Notes under the pieces: model-generated | What the model was told of the DNA's origin: nothing | The model's database searches: none | The model's input: only the letters and a program-made list of their open reading frames with translations | Shown here: in pieces, positions 46,877-57,734 of the stretch | Layout of the letters: the number at the start of each line of letters is the position of its first letter | How positions within the stretch are numbered: the stretch's first letter is position 1 | Source of the DNA: Candidatus Aenigmatarchaeota archaeon | GTDB taxonomy: Archaea > EX4484-52 | DNA length: 64,000 nucleotides | NCBI GenBank assembly: GCA_023137195.1 | Contig: JAGLPV010000015.1 | Coordinates: 1-64,000, forward strand | Direction of reading: 5' to 3' | Program-made: the position numbers and the translations under genes

Positions 46877-46981
46877 GTTTCTCTGACCCTATAAAGTGGG
46901 GTCGGATTGCGTCCGCGAAGTCACGAGAACGCCGTCTCGAAGAAGCAAGTTTTATATAATACCTGTGTTATTATAGTATTT

Positions 46982-47308
46982 ATGGTATTCAAGAATTTAA
47001 AAGATATTGAACAAAGGGAATTGATTCCGGGATATAAGGTAAGATTTATCCATTCTAAAAATATGACTTTTGCATATTGGGATATTGAGGAAGGAGCGCC
47101 TTTACCAGAACATTCTCATCCACATGAGCAAGTGGCAACTATGATTGAAGGGGAATTTGAATTAACTGTTGAGAGCGAGACAAAAAGAGTACAAAAGGGA
47201 GATGTTGCAGTTATTCCACCTAACGCAAAACATTCCGGCAAAGCGATAACAGATTGTAAAATTCTTGATGTATTCTATCCCATTAGAGAAGATTACCTGA
47301 ATAAGTAA
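46982..47308 (+). CDS. Cupin domain protein
   Basis: PEHSHPHEQ...IEGEFELTV...GDVAVIPPNAKHSG...DVFYPIREDY. Confidence 0.9.
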   Translation: MVFKNLKDIEQRELIPGYKVRFIHSKNMTFAYWDIEEGAPLPEHSHPHEQVATMIEGEFELTVESETKRVQKGDVAVIPPNAKHSGKAITDCKILDVFYPIREDYLNK

Positions 47309-47368
47309 ATGCGTTCTCGTGATTGAAATTAACAACAATTATTTATATTCTCTTTCCACTAATATCTC

Positions 47369-48004
47369 ATGAGCATCGACAAAATCTATTCAATACTTGA
47401 ATCTGAATTCAAAAAATACCCGATGCCTGTTGTTGATTTGATTACAATTCAGACAAAAGACCCGTATAAAATTCTGGTTGCAACAATACTTTCTGCAAGG
47501 ACCAAGGACAAGACCACGAAAGAAGCGGCAGAAAGATTATTTAAACAGGCAGATTCTCTTGTATCTCTGTCAAAATTATCTATAGAGAAAATAGAGGAAT
47601 TAATATATCCTGTTGGATTTTACAAGAATAAATCAGAATATCTCCATGAACTGCCAAAAGAAATACAAATGAGATTCTCGGGAGTAATCCCGTCCACAAT
47701 TGATAATCTGGTAAGACTTCCTGGTGTTGGTAGAAAAACTGCCAACTTAGTTGTTTCAATGGCATTTAACAAGCCAGGGATATGCGTTGATGTTCATGTT
47801 CACAGGATTTGCAACCGTTTAGGGTATGTGAAGACGAATAAACCTTATGATACAGAGATGGCTTTGAGAAAAAAGCTTCCGAAAAAATACTGGACTTATT
47901 TTAATTCGTATCTGGTATCATTTGGACAGCATCTGTGCAGACCGGTTGGTCCGAAGTGTATTGAATGTCCGATAAAGGAGTATTGCGAGAAAAGATTATT
48001 TTAA
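47369..48004 (+). CDS. nth: Endonuclease III
   Basis: ILSART, HhH motif LPGVGRKTAN, VDVHVHRI, CRPVGPKCIECPIKEYC Fe-S cluster. Confidence 0.95.
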   Translation: MSIDKIYSILESEFKKYPMPVVDLITIQTKDPYKILVATILSARTKDKTTKEAAERLFKQADSLVSLSKLSIEKIEELIYPVGFYKNKSEYLHELPKEIQMRFSGVIPSTIDNLVRLPGVGRKTANLVVSMAFNKPGICVDVHVHRICNRLGYVKTNKPYDTEMALRKKLPKKYWTYFNSYLVSFGQHLCRPVGPKCIECPIKEYCEKRLF

Positions 48005-49921
48005 AAATTCCTTTATTTGTTCAATGTGAGGATAATTTCTTTCTTTTAGTATTCTTATGATTTCATTTTTGTCTTCTATTGCTTCAGGAACATTTTTTGC
48101 TCCATTTTTTCTCAAATATTCTACAAAGATTTTATCATTTATTATTGCATCTTTGAAATTTGTGTTTTTTACTTTTAAACCAGAATATTCTTGTACATTC
48201 AACATAACCGCTTTCGTCAGATCCATTATAGATAAATCTATATTATGCAATATTGTTCCAGACAGATTACCACTCATTCCATCCATTAACTCAACAGATG
48301 ACAAATCAGCCATGAAAAAATTAGCTTCAAATAAATTGGCATTGTATAATGAGGCACCATTCAAACTAGCACCAGATAAATTAACTTGAGTTAAATCAGC
48401 ATCATTTAAATAAGCCCCAGATAAATCTGCTCTGGATAAATCTGCGCAGTATAAACTAGCCCCGTTTAAATCAGCATTGGATAAATCAGCCCCACTCAAA
48501 TTGGTTTTGGGCAAATAACTATTCCTTAAATTAGCATCCATTAATCTGGATTCAGATAAATTGGATTTTGTTAAAATGGCTTCACTTAAATCAATTTCGT
48601 ATAAGTCAAGTCCAGATAAATCAACTTCATTTAAATCAACTGTTTTTACTTCTTTTCTCAATTCATTAAATTCATCAACTTTTCCTGTTTTTAGGAGTTG
48701 AATAAAAGTTTCTTTATTGGGCGTTACATTAATTTCTTTTGGAACAGTTATTATTATTTTTTTGTACTTCGACAATTTATCGTCATCAAGAGGCGTTATT
48801 TTATCAATTATTCTATCGTCTTTTTTATTTTTATTGAGGAATTTACTTAAATTTCTATTATCTTTGAATTTATCGAGACGTTCTCCAAACTGACCATTTG
48901 AGTTCGCCATAAAGTCTTTTTTTAATTTTTTGCGATTTTCTTTTTTAAAAATATGATTATAAAAATCATTCCATTTAAATCTCATGATTGTTAAAATTAG
49001 ATGCACCTCTATATCAAGTTCGGTCTTTTCTGCTTTCAAAAGTTCGTAACCTAAAATATACACATTTATGAATCTTTTAATATCTCTTGGCGTTCCGGTA
49101 ATTGTTTCTGAAATAATATCTTTGTATTCTCTTAATACTGCATATTCTTTTCCTTCTTCATTTGTTATTTCTTTCAGATATTTTTTGAATTCATCATTAT
49201 CCCACTCTGGCATTAAGACGGGTATTTGAATTATTTTTTCAAGATAATTGTCGCCCTTAATTTCCAAATCTTTATATTTTTCCTCTATTGCTTTTTCAAC
49301 AATATCCTTACTCATAGCTATTACATAAACAAATCCCTTGATGTCGAGAAAAACCTTAAATGATTCAATGATTTCAATAACTTTGTCTGGTCTACACCTA
49401 TCGAGGTCATCAATAAAAACAACTATTTTTTTATTTTTTAGATTATTTTCAATTTTCTTTAAACTATCATAATATTGACTTTCTATTTCTTCAAGTTTTG
49501 TTACATCTGGTTTTTTATCCCTATTGGAGATACCAATACTACCCTTGGCAAGACCCATATTTCCTTCAAGCCCACATTTTAGTTCAATTGAATTTAAAAA
49601 ATTAGAAAGAGCCGATACAATCTTTTCTAATTTCTCGTCTTTTTTAATTGTATGAATTATTGTCCCCAAAAGAGGAATTAATGCAAATGTTTTTTCCTGC
49701 TGACATCTCCACGCATCAAACCAGACAATTACAGGAGGATTGCTCTTTTTGTGTTCCAATTTACTAATTATATTTTTCATTAAACTGGTTTTGCCAGTTC
49801 CCCATTCTCCTAATATGCCAATAGTAAAGGGAGAATCCGAATCTATAATTATATTGGATAAAGCTTCAGCATATTCCTTAAATGCATCTTCTGCTGGAAT
49901 ATCAGTAATTATTTTTGCCAT
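47996..49921 (-). CDS. KAP-family P-loop NTPase fused to pentapeptide repeats
   Basis: GEWGTGKT, WFDAW, FIDDLDRC, YLEKIIQIP, TPRDIKRFIN, followed by A(D/N)LxG pentapeptide repeats. Confidence 0.9.
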   Translation of the reverse strand: MAKIITDIPAEDAFKEYAEALSNIIIDSDSPFTIGILGEWGTGKTSLMKNIISKLEHKKSNPPVIVWFDAWRCQQEKTFALIPLLGTIIHTIKKDEKLEKIVSALSNFLNSIELKCGLEGNMGLAKGSIGISNRDKKPDVTKLEEIESQYYDSLKKIENNLKNKKIVVFIDDLDRCRPDKVIEIIESFKVFLDIKGFVYVIAMSKDIVEKAIEEKYKDLEIKGDNYLEKIIQIPVLMPEWDNDEFKKYLKEITNEEGKEYAVLREYKDIISETITGTPRDIKRFINVYILGYELLKAEKTELDIEVHLILTIMRFKWNDFYNHIFKKENRKKLKKDFMANSNGQFGERLDKFKDNRNLSKFLNKNKKDDRIIDKITPLDDDKLSKYKKIIITVPKEINVTPNKETFIQLLKTGKVDEFNELRKEVKTVDLNEVDLSGLDLYEIDLSEAILTKSNLSESRLMDANLRNSYLPKTNLSGADLSNADLNGASLYCADLSRADLSGAYLNDADLTQVNLSGASLNGASLYNANLFEANFFMADLSSVELMDGMSGNLSGTILHNIDLSIMDLTKAVMLNVQEYSGLKVKNTNFKDAIINDKIFVEYLRKNGAKNVPEAIEDKNEIIRILKERNYPHIEQIKEFLK

Positions 49922-49947
49922 AATTAGTTTTCCTTCTTACTTCGCTA

Positions 49948-51000
49948 TTAAACAGACAAATCCCTCTGCTCCATCCATTCCCTGGTCTTTCCAACAACAA
50001 CCACAGGAACTTTCTTTAATTCCTCTAGATTTTTAGCTCCACACAAAAACATTGCTGTCTTTAATTCCTCTGCCATGATATTTATTTTTTCAATCACAGC
50101 TTCCGGGCTTTTCATCGCTGGTTTTAGTAACGGAAGAGCAAAACCAGTATAAGAAGCCCCGAGGCGTATTAATTTTGCGCATTCTATCCCGTTCCTCACT
50201 CCGCCCGAAGCAATTGTTTGGACGTTGCAGGAGTTTGCTTCCATCACAGAAAGAGGTGTAGGAACACCCCAGTCCTTAAAGCATTCTCCAAACCTGTCTT
50301 TTCTTCTCAATGTTTCTATGTAAGTAAAGGAAGTCCCGCAGTTTCCTCCAACATCAATTAAATCAACGCCGGATTTTGAAATTTTTTTGCAGTCTTCTTT
50401 AATCATCCCGCATCCTGTTTCTTTTGCAATTACAGGAACTTTTGAAACAGAAACTATTCTTTTCAAAATCTCAAAACCGTTTTGAAAATTCACATCTCCT
50501 TCTTTTTGCAGTGCCTCCTGCGCAGGATTTAAATGAATTGCAATTGCATCAGTATTGATTGAACTGCTTATTTTATTTACTATATTCTCTTCATATTCAC
50601 CGGAACAAAACTGAACCAGACCTATATTGGCAATTAATACAGGAATCCCTGGGGCAAATTTCTTTAAAGCATATGTTCGCATTTGTTTTTCATCCTTGAT
50701 CATTGCTCTTTGAGAACCGACACCAATAGGGATATTTAATTTTTCCGCGGCAATTGCCAGGTTTCTATTGATTTTTTCTCCCAGTTTACAGCCGCCTGTC
50801 ATTGCCTCAATCACAAAAGGATAATCTATTTTTCTGCCTAAAAATTGTGTCGACAAGTCAATTTCGTTTTTGTCAATTTCAGGCATTGTCCTGTGAAGAA
50901 GAAGAATATCATTATACCATGAAGTATTACCTGTCTGGACATCTTGTTTGATGCATAAATCAATATGCTCTTCTTTTCTTTTTTCCACTTCTGAAATCAT
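49948..51000 (-). CDS. fni: Type 2 isopentenyl-diphosphate delta-isomerase
   Basis: RKEEHI, AMTGG, GVGSQR, ANIG, HLNPAQE, KETGCG, ASGGVRNG. Confidence 0.95.
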   Translation of the reverse strand: MISEVEKRKEEHIDLCIKQDVQTGNTSWYNDILLLHRTMPEIDKNEIDLSTQFLGRKIDYPFVIEAMTGGCKLGEKINRNLAIAAEKLNIPIGVGSQRAMIKDEKQMRTYALKKFAPGIPVLIANIGLVQFCSGEYEENIVNKISSSINTDAIAIHLNPAQEALQKEGDVNFQNGFEILKRIVSVSKVPVIAKETGCGMIKEDCKKISKSGVDLIDVGGNCGTSFTYIETLRRKDRFGECFKDWGVPTPLSVMEANSCNVQTIASGGVRNGIECAKLIRLGASYTGFALPLLKPAMKSPEAVIEKINIMAEELKTAMFLCGAKNLEELKKVPVVVVGKTREWMEQRDLSV

Positions 51001-51104
51001 ATATCTTGATAGGGGCGTTCAATAATAAAAACATTGCGGGTTCAACTTAATTTTAGAAAACAGATTAAGAAACATTTATAAATATTGCCTCGTTTATAAT
51101 ACAC

Positions 51105-54089
51105 ATGAGAAGGGGGTTTGCGGAAGTATTCTTGTTTTGCCTGATTTTAACTTCTTTTATTGCATTTAGTTCCATAGATACTTTTTCGTGCCAGCAGATA
51201 AGTACCTCTGCTGTTTCTAATGTGACAAAATCAGGAACAACTTCCCTTTATAATTTTTCAGTAGTTACGACAGGCAATTTTACTGCCCTTAATCTGACAA
51301 TACCTACGGCATTTACTTACATTGAAAATTCTTCGAATAGTACATTATATCCAAACTGGACATGTTCTAATGTAACAAGCAATGTTGTTAATTGCTCCTG
51401 TCTTACATGCAATGTTTCGGTCAACGAGACAACATCCATTTACGTGTGGTTTAATGCGACATCTCCTTCGGGTGATAGTGAAACAGCATATAATTTTACT
51501 GCTTTTGTCTGGGCAAACCAGACCAATAATGCCACAGCCAATACAACCATCGGCAATGATGGCAATATCACAATTATAAGCTATGTCAATGGCGTTACAA
51601 ACGACACAATTGTCCAGAACCAAAACATAACAATTATTGCATTGGTTCAGGATGCATTTTCAGGAATAAATTTATCCCTGGAAAACTCTGTGCAGGTTCT
51701 TTTGCTGGATTATACGACCGGAGTTGTAAACAAGACATACAATATGACAAACACCACGTCCTCCGGTACAAACGGGCAAAACAATTACTCTGCCACATTT
51801 GATACAGGCATCCTGACAGATGGCGCATACAATATATCTATTTATGCAACAGACCAAGTTGGAAATTATAATTATTCAAACACATCTTATTACTTTACTG
51901 TAACCCCTCAACCGGATTTGATAATTGAGTCAGTTAACTGGACTTCTGTTTACGGCGACTCACATCCATTTATGTCATATAATGGAAGTTATACCAATTT
52001 TACAATCAATGTCAGTGTAAAAAATAACGGGACTGCAAATATAGTTAATTTAACGAAAATGATATTTAAATGGGACAGCTACACAGTAACGAGAAATTTG
52101 ACTTTATTATCTGTTGGTGCAACCCAAAATTTCAATTACTCTATTGTGGGAGATTCTACTAATGTAAGTCGCGGAAACCATGCAATAAACATAACATTAG
52201 ATACTCTTTCCAACCAGACAGAAAAAAGCGAAACTAACAACAATTATGTAGAAAATATATATGTCGGATACAATGTCAGTGTTTTGGGGATAAGTCCGTC
52301 TTCTGTTGTGCCGGGAGGAGTAATAAATATAACGGTAAAACTGCTTTATGGTAACGGTAGTGCGGTAACAGGACTTTCTAATAAAGATAACTTTACAATA
52401 TTTGACCGATGGGGAAGTGGGAATTATATTGATTACGGGAGCGGGAAATTTTCATTATATTCTTCATTAAATGCATCGGGAATTTACAATCTTAGCTATA
52501 CTGTAAACTCTTCTTTATTCTCTGCCACAAAAGTCGCTCAATATGGAGTTCATGATATTCGCGTCGGTGTTGAAAACGGAAATTATTCCGGGTGGATAAA
52601 TAGCACGGATAATGATTATGTAATTACTGCACCGAATCTGGACATAAGATTCTATGGCGTAGATACAACACTTACTAAAAACACCCAGGAAGATGCATTC
52701 CAGATAAAGTACGAGAATACAGGAAATGCAGCAATAAGCAATATTACTCTAAGAATACAGACAAATAGTAGTAATATAAAAATAGCAACCACTGCGGGAG
52801 GAACATACAGCCAGACATATACTTGTAATGTATATTGGGGATCGGGACAGTCTTTGAGTTCCGCTAATGGAGAACAGGCATGCTCTACAATATACCTGAA
52901 AGGGACATCGACAGGTACATACAAATTATATTATATTTATGCTTTTGGAGCAGCAACGACAGACGGCACGAAATACAACAGCACCAGTCTGCCTTACAAT
53001 ACAATTACTGTAGCCGACCCTCCTGCTGATGAAGATGATAGTAGTAGCAGTAGCACCAATACATACACCCCTACCACTACCACAACATATGAATGCACAT
53101 TAGATTCAAACTGCTCAAGCAATGAGTTTTGCAATTCCTCAAAAAAATGCCAAAAGAGAACATGCAGTTCAGACCAGTTAATTTCAAATCACAAATGCGT
53201 AACCATTAACATCAATACAATATACAATTCTACTTACAATATAAAACAAGGAAGCAGCATAACCATTCCTTTTTATTTAAATTCAACAAGATATAAAGTC
53301 ACAAGCGTTTATTTGAAAGCGACAAAACCAGCAGATTTCAACGGGACAATTTCCATCACTCCTTCTTCACATACACTGATAAAAAACACACTTAAGCAGT
53401 ACAATATTACTTTCACAATGCCGGCAAATGCCCATTTTAAAAAAGAATACATTATTTCCCTGGCAGTAAAAAAAGGAACAACCAAGACATTTGCAACAGC
53501 AAACATAACCCTTGTGGCTTCAGGTGGAAACGCTACTAAAATAGAAATTTCTGAAAGCATAAACGCATACGGAGAAAACTTAAAAAAATATCTGGATGAT
53601 CTTGAAAAAATAAAATCAAAATTAGATGATGAAGACCAGAGTTCTATAGATGCAAGGACATCCAAAGTGAATAGATTAATAGAAGAAATATCCGGATTGA
53701 TTGAAAACGAAGAGTACCTTAGGGCTGATGAAAAAATCACAGAACTGAATACAGAAATGCAAAATCTCAATAATTCAATCAATGAATTGACAGAAAAGAC
53801 AAAGAAAAAACAAAGGAATTTCAGGATATTTTTGTTTGTAATCTTTATTTTTGCAGGGATAGGGGCTCTTACTTATTATATGTTGCTTCCGGATGAGGCA
53901 GGATATATTCCAAACAAGGGATTTGTGAAGAAAGGCAAGAAACAGGAAACTAAAGAAACGCTCCTTGAGATGATTGAAGAAGCAAAAGACGAAATGAAGA
54001 AAATCTTTAATAAAAAAAAAGACAAAAACCCCCTCAAAAAAAGGGCTTATAATTATAAAAAAACAGTATTGAAAAGAGCGGTGCGATAA
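51105..54089 (+). CDS. Large surface glycoprotein (CARDB/Ig-like domains, Cys-rich module, coiled coil, C-terminal TM)
   Basis: Signal peptide, many N-x-S/T sequons, PDLII...VKNNGT...ETNN CARDB pattern, ECTLDSNC module, TM helix and basic tail. Confidence 0.8.
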   Translation: MRRGFAEVFLFCLILTSFIAFSSIDTFSCQQISTSAVSNVTKSGTTSLYNFSVVTTGNFTALNLTIPTAFTYIENSSNSTLYPNWTCSNVTSNVVNCSCLTCNVSVNETTSIYVWFNATSPSGDSETAYNFTAFVWANQTNNATANTTIGNDGNITIISYVNGVTNDTIVQNQNITIIALVQDAFSGINLSLENSVQVLLLDYTTGVVNKTYNMTNTTSSGTNGQNNYSATFDTGILTDGAYNISIYATDQVGNYNYSNTSYYFTVTPQPDLIIESVNWTSVYGDSHPFMSYNGSYTNFTINVSVKNNGTANIVNLTKMIFKWDSYTVTRNLTLLSVGATQNFNYSIVGDSTNVSRGNHAINITLDTLSNQTEKSETNNNYVENIYVGYNVSVLGISPSSVVPGGVINITVKLLYGNGSAVTGLSNKDNFTIFDRWGSGNYIDYGSGKFSLYSSLNASGIYNLSYTVNSSLFSATKVAQYGVHDIRVGVENGNYSGWINSTDNDYVITAPNLDIRFYGVDTTLTKNTQEDAFQIKYENTGNAAISNITLRIQTNSSNIKIATTAGGTYSQTYTCNVYWGSGQSLSSANGEQACSTIYLKGTSTGTYKLYYIYAFGAATTDGTKYNSTSLPYNTITVADPPADEDDSSSSSTNTYTPTTTTTYECTLDSNCSSNEFCNSSKKCQKRTCSSDQLISNHKCVTININTIYNSTYNIKQGSSITIPFYLNSTRYKVTSVYLKATKPADFNGTISITPSSHTLIKNTLKQYNITFTMPANAHFKKEYIISLAVKKGTTKTFATANITLVASGGNATKIEISESINAYGENLKKYLDDLEKIKSKLDDEDQSSIDARTSKVNRLIEEISGLIENEEYLRADEKITELNTEMQNLNNSINELTEKTKKKQRNFRIFLFVIFIFAGIGALTYYMLLPDEAGYIPNKGFVKKGKKQETKETLLEMIEEAKDEMKKIFNKKKDKNPLKKRAYNYKKTVLKRAVR

Positions 54090-54114
54090 TTTTGCTTGTT
54101 TCAATCCGCAGAAC

Positions 54115-54152
54115 CCATGAGAACTGATTTAAAGTAGTATTTAGTGTAAGGA
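54115..54152. repeat. Family-A partial unit
   Basis: AGAACTGATTTAAAGTAGTATTT is the exact reverse complement of 25926-25948 and continues into AGTGTAAGG, as in family A. Confidence 0.75.
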
Positions 54153-54233
54153 ATAGTTATAGTTTTATTTTCTATTATCCTGGATAAGAAAGAATAATTA
54201 CTTTTAAAAAAACTGTATTTATTATATATTCTT

Positions 54234-54935
54234 ATGGATAAGAACGCGGCACATGTGGTGTCTCTTGAAGATATTGAAAAGAGTGTAAATATTTCTGATA
54301 ATTTCAAAAAATGCTTTGTAACGCCGACTGGTGTTGAACTTGAAGAAGTTAATGTCATTGGTGTTGTTGCTGACTCTCCTTCTAATGAAAAAGAGTACCT
54401 GCTTGTAAAAGACAAAACCGGCGAGTGTTATATAAAAATGATATGGCAAAATCAAACCAAAGAAATAAAGGAAGGAACTATCCTGCATGTAATTGGATTT
54501 CTTAATTTCAATGGACAGAAAAAATACATCAATCCTTATATTGTGAAAAAAATAGAAGAAAACCCAGAAGAAAGGCAAAAGTTAAGAGAACTTGAAATAA
54601 TTGAATTCTGCAATTATATTGACAAGAATAAGGAAAAATTCTCTTCAAATACAGAAAAATACAAATATGTGTTGGAGAAAATTATGAAAGGAAAAAAAGA
54701 TGAAAAGGCAGAAACTATAGAACATAAGGAGAATGGGGATGAAAAAGAAATTACAGAAATCAATATTATTGATATCATAAAACAGTTGGACAAGGAAGAT
54801 AAAGGAGTTTCTTATGTTGATGTTCTTGATAAATTCAGTGATGAGCAAAGAGAGGCAGTGGAAACTGTGATTGATTCTTTGCTTGATGAGGGATTATGCT
54901 ATGAGCCAATAGCGGGAAAAATAAAAGTTCTTTAA
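54234..54935 (+). CDS. RPA32-like OB-fold plus C-terminal winged-helix ssDNA-binding protein
   Basis: VNVIGVV...VKDKTG...HVIG OB pattern; C-terminal IDSLLDEGLCYEPIAGKIK wHTH. Confidence 0.75.
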   Translation: MDKNAAHVVSLEDIEKSVNISDNFKKCFVTPTGVELEEVNVIGVVADSPSNEKEYLLVKDKTGECYIKMIWQNQTKEIKEGTILHVIGFLNFNGQKKYINPYIVKKIEENPEERQKLRELEIIEFCNYIDKNKEKFSSNTEKYKYVLEKIMKGKKDEKAETIEHKENGDEKEITEINIIDIIKQLDKEDKGVSYVDVLDKFSDEQREAVETVIDSLLDEGLCYEPIAGKIKVL

Positions 54936-55084
54936 CCATTACGTTTTATCTTAATTTTTGCACAATAAAAGAGTCTTGCGAAAGTTGCTTCTTTTAATGC
55001 ATAGAAATCATTATACGCTAATTACATAATTTCCAGATAACAAGCATATTTTTTAACGAAAAATATGGGTAAACTTTCATGAAA

Positions 55085-55122
55085 GTGTCTGAATTTGTAC
55101 GCAAGATACAATATATACACAA
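55085..55122. repeat. Family-D degenerate copy upstream of ppsA
   Basis: gtgtctgaatttgtacgcaagatacaatatatacacaa aligns with gtgtctaaacttgtacgcaaaatatagtttatacacaa at 12630. Confidence 0.7.
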
Positions 55123-55188
55123 TATACACAATGATAAATAGATAATTATAAATAGTTAAAAAATAATAATTCATTAAGTGAATAAATT

Positions 55189-57609
55189 ATGAATAGAAAA
55201 GATGAATTAATTTTATGGTTTGATCAATTAGGGATTGATGATGTTCCTGTTGTTGGGGGCAAAAATGCCTCCTTGGGAGAAATGTACAGTAATCTTACAA
55301 AAGAGGGAGTGAATATTCCAAACGGCTATGCTGTCACATCTCATTCTTATGAGTTGCTTCTTGATGAAAGCAACGCAAAAAACAGGATAAAAGAAATCCT
55401 TAAAGATTTAGATACAAAAGACATAAATAATCTTCAGCAAAGGGGAAGGAAAGTAAGAGAAGTGCTTTTGTCACTTGAATTCCCGGGAGAATTAAAGCGG
55501 GCAATTACAGAAGCATATCACCACCTGGAAAAGCAATATAGCGAAGGTGTTGATGTTGCTGTCAGAAGTTCTGCTACAGCAGAAGACCTGCCTGATGCAT
55601 CTTTTGCAGGACAGCAGGAAACTTACCTGAATATTAGCGGAGAGGTATCTCTCTTGGATGCATGCAGGAAATGCTATGCCTCATTGTTTACTGACAGGGC
55701 TATATCCTATCGTGAAGACAAGAATTTTGATCATTTTAACATCGCTCTTTCTATTGGCGTACAGAAGATGGTAAGAAGCGATATGGCTTCAAGCGGGGTT
55801 ATGTTTTCTATTGATACAGAGACTGGATTCAACAATGTCGCATTTGTGACCTCTTCTTATGGTCTTGGAGAAAATGTTGTTCAGGGTGCTGTCAACCCGG
55901 ACGAGTTCTATGTGTTCAAGCCAACATTAAAAGAAGGGAAAAAACCGATTATCATGAAAAAAGTCGGCTCGAAAAAGATAAAAATGATTTACACAAACGA
56001 CCTAAAACATCCTGTGATAAATGTGCCTACCCCAAAAGCAGACAGGCAAAAATATTCTCTTGATGATGATGAAATATTGACGCTTGCAAAATGGGCGTGC
56101 ATCATTGAAGACCATTACAGCAAAAAGGCAGGCTATCTAAAGCCCATGGACATGGAATGGGCAAAAGACGGTCAGACCAATGAATTATTTATTGTGCAGG
56201 CAAGACCCGAAACAGTCCAGTCAAGAAAAGACGCAAATGTTTATGAAGAATATCATTTAAAAGAAAAAGGCACTGTCCTTGTGAAAGGATTAAGTGTCGG
56301 GGAAAAGATAAGCACAGGCAAATCCCATATAATAAATGATGTAAAAAACATCAACCAGTTCAAGGCAGGAGCAGTGCTTGTAACAGATATGACTGACCCC
56401 GACTGGGAGCCTATAATGAAAATTGCATCTGCTATCGTCACAAACCGCGGCGGGCGTACATGCCATGCGGCAATCATCTCAAGGGAACTTGGGATTCCAT
56501 GCGTTGTCGGGTGCGGCGATGCGACAGAAAAAATAAAAAATAACAAGCCCTTAACTGTCTCCTGCACTTCCGGAGAAGAAGGAACTGTCTATGACGGAAC
56601 GCTAAAATATACTGTTGAAAAAATAAACTTGGGCGACATTCCTGAAACAAAGACAAAAATAATGCTTAATCTTGGATCGCCAGATCAGGCATTCAAATTC
56701 TCCTTCCTGCCACAGGAAGGAGTCGGTCTTGCAAGAGAAGAATTTATCATCAATTCTTACATAAAAATCCATCCTATGGCTTTAATGAATTTCAAAAGCA
56801 TAAAGAAAGATGAAAAGCACAGGAAACTAGTAGAAAAAATAGAGAAATTGACTATCGGCTATGCTGATAAAAAACAATATTTTATTGACAAGCTTGCAGA
56901 AGGTGTGAGTACAATTGCTGCTGCATTTTATCCAAAGCCGGTTATTGTACGCCTGTCTGATTTCAAGAGCAATGAATATGCGAACCTGATTGGAGGAACT
57001 CTTTACGAGCCGACAGAAGACAATCCTATGATTGGATGGAGAGGGGCTTCAAGATATTATGATAAAAACTACAGGGATGCATTTTCTCTTGAATGCCGGG
57101 CTCTTAAAAAAGCAAGAGAAGATTTTGGTCTGACAAATATCAAAATAATGATTCCATTCTGCAGGACGGTTGAGGAAGGAAAAAAAGTGCTTAAAGAAAT
57201 GGAAAAGAACGGTCTGAAAAAGGGAGAGAATAATTTACAGGTTTATGTAATGTGTGAGATACCTGCTAATGTCATACTTGCTGATGAATTTTTGGATGTG
57301 TTTGACGGATTTTCAATTGGTTCTAATGATTTGACGCAACTTACACTTGGGCTAGACAGAGACTCTGAACTTGTAGCTCATATATACGATGAGCGGAATG
57401 ATGCTGTAAAAAAACTGATAAGAAATGTAATTGAAGTTGCAAACTCCAAGGGCAAATACATCGGAATATGCGGTCAGGCACCGTCGGATTTCCCTGATTT
57501 CGCGGAGTTCCTTGTTGAATGCGGCATAAAGACAATGTCTTTGAACCCGGATACAATTGTCAAGACAAGGATGCTTGTTGCTGAAAAAGAGAAGAAAATC
57601 AATAGATGA
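55189..57609 (+). CDS. ppsA: Phosphoenolpyruvate synthase
   Basis: VGGKNASLGEM, VRSSATAEDLPDASFAGQQ, QARPETV, GGRTCHAAI, SIGSNDLTQ, GICGQAPS. Confidence 0.98.
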   Translation: MNRKDELILWFDQLGIDDVPVVGGKNASLGEMYSNLTKEGVNIPNGYAVTSHSYELLLDESNAKNRIKEILKDLDTKDINNLQQRGRKVREVLLSLEFPGELKRAITEAYHHLEKQYSEGVDVAVRSSATAEDLPDASFAGQQETYLNISGEVSLLDACRKCYASLFTDRAISYREDKNFDHFNIALSIGVQKMVRSDMASSGVMFSIDTETGFNNVAFVTSSYGLGENVVQGAVNPDEFYVFKPTLKEGKKPIIMKKVGSKKIKMIYTNDLKHPVINVPTPKADRQKYSLDDDEILTLAKWACIIEDHYSKKAGYLKPMDMEWAKDGQTNELFIVQARPETVQSRKDANVYEEYHLKEKGTVLVKGLSVGEKISTGKSHIINDVKNINQFKAGAVLVTDMTDPDWEPIMKIASAIVTNRGGRTCHAAIISRELGIPCVVGCGDATEKIKNNKPLTVSCTSGEEGTVYDGTLKYTVEKINLGDIPETKTKIMLNLGSPDQAFKFSFLPQEGVGLAREEFIINSYIKIHPMALMNFKSIKKDEKHRKLVEKIEKLTIGYADKKQYFIDKLAEGVSTIAAAFYPKPVIVRLSDFKSNEYANLIGGTLYEPTEDNPMIGWRGASRYYDKNYRDAFSLECRALKKAREDFGLTNIKIMIPFCRTVEEGKKVLKEMEKNGLKKGENNLQVYVMCEIPANVILADEFLDVFDGFSIGSNDLTQLTLGLDRDSELVAHIYDERNDAVKKLIRNVIEVANSKGKYIGICGQAPSDFPDFAEFLVECGIKTMSLNPDTIVKTRMLVAEKEKKINR

Positions 57610-57680
57610 TTGTTTGTTTAGCAAACACAAAATTAATCCACGGATGCGGGAATGCAGGAAAATCTCTATGATTTTTTGTA

Positions 57681-57699
57681 CATTCAATTTCATTGAATG
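57681..57699. repeat. Palindrome family C, copy 3 (CATTCAAT-TTC-ATTGAATG)
   Basis: Perfect 8-bp arms; the upstream TTAATCCACGGATGCG is shared, inverted, with 35322-35338. Confidence 0.8.
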
Positions 57700-57734
57700 A
57701 CATATGAGAATCCACGAGAAATCAATTGTTTTTA

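Noticed and set aside
46880-46940. tRNA or other stable RNA in the GC-richer patch
   Set aside because: No cloverleaf or T-loop GTTCRA, and it is too short for SRP or RNase P RNA.
54101-54415. Peptide KYYFKSVL shared by ORFs 54101-54415 and 25704-25958 as a protein motif
   Set aside because: It is explained by the shared family-A DNA repeat rather than by protein homology.
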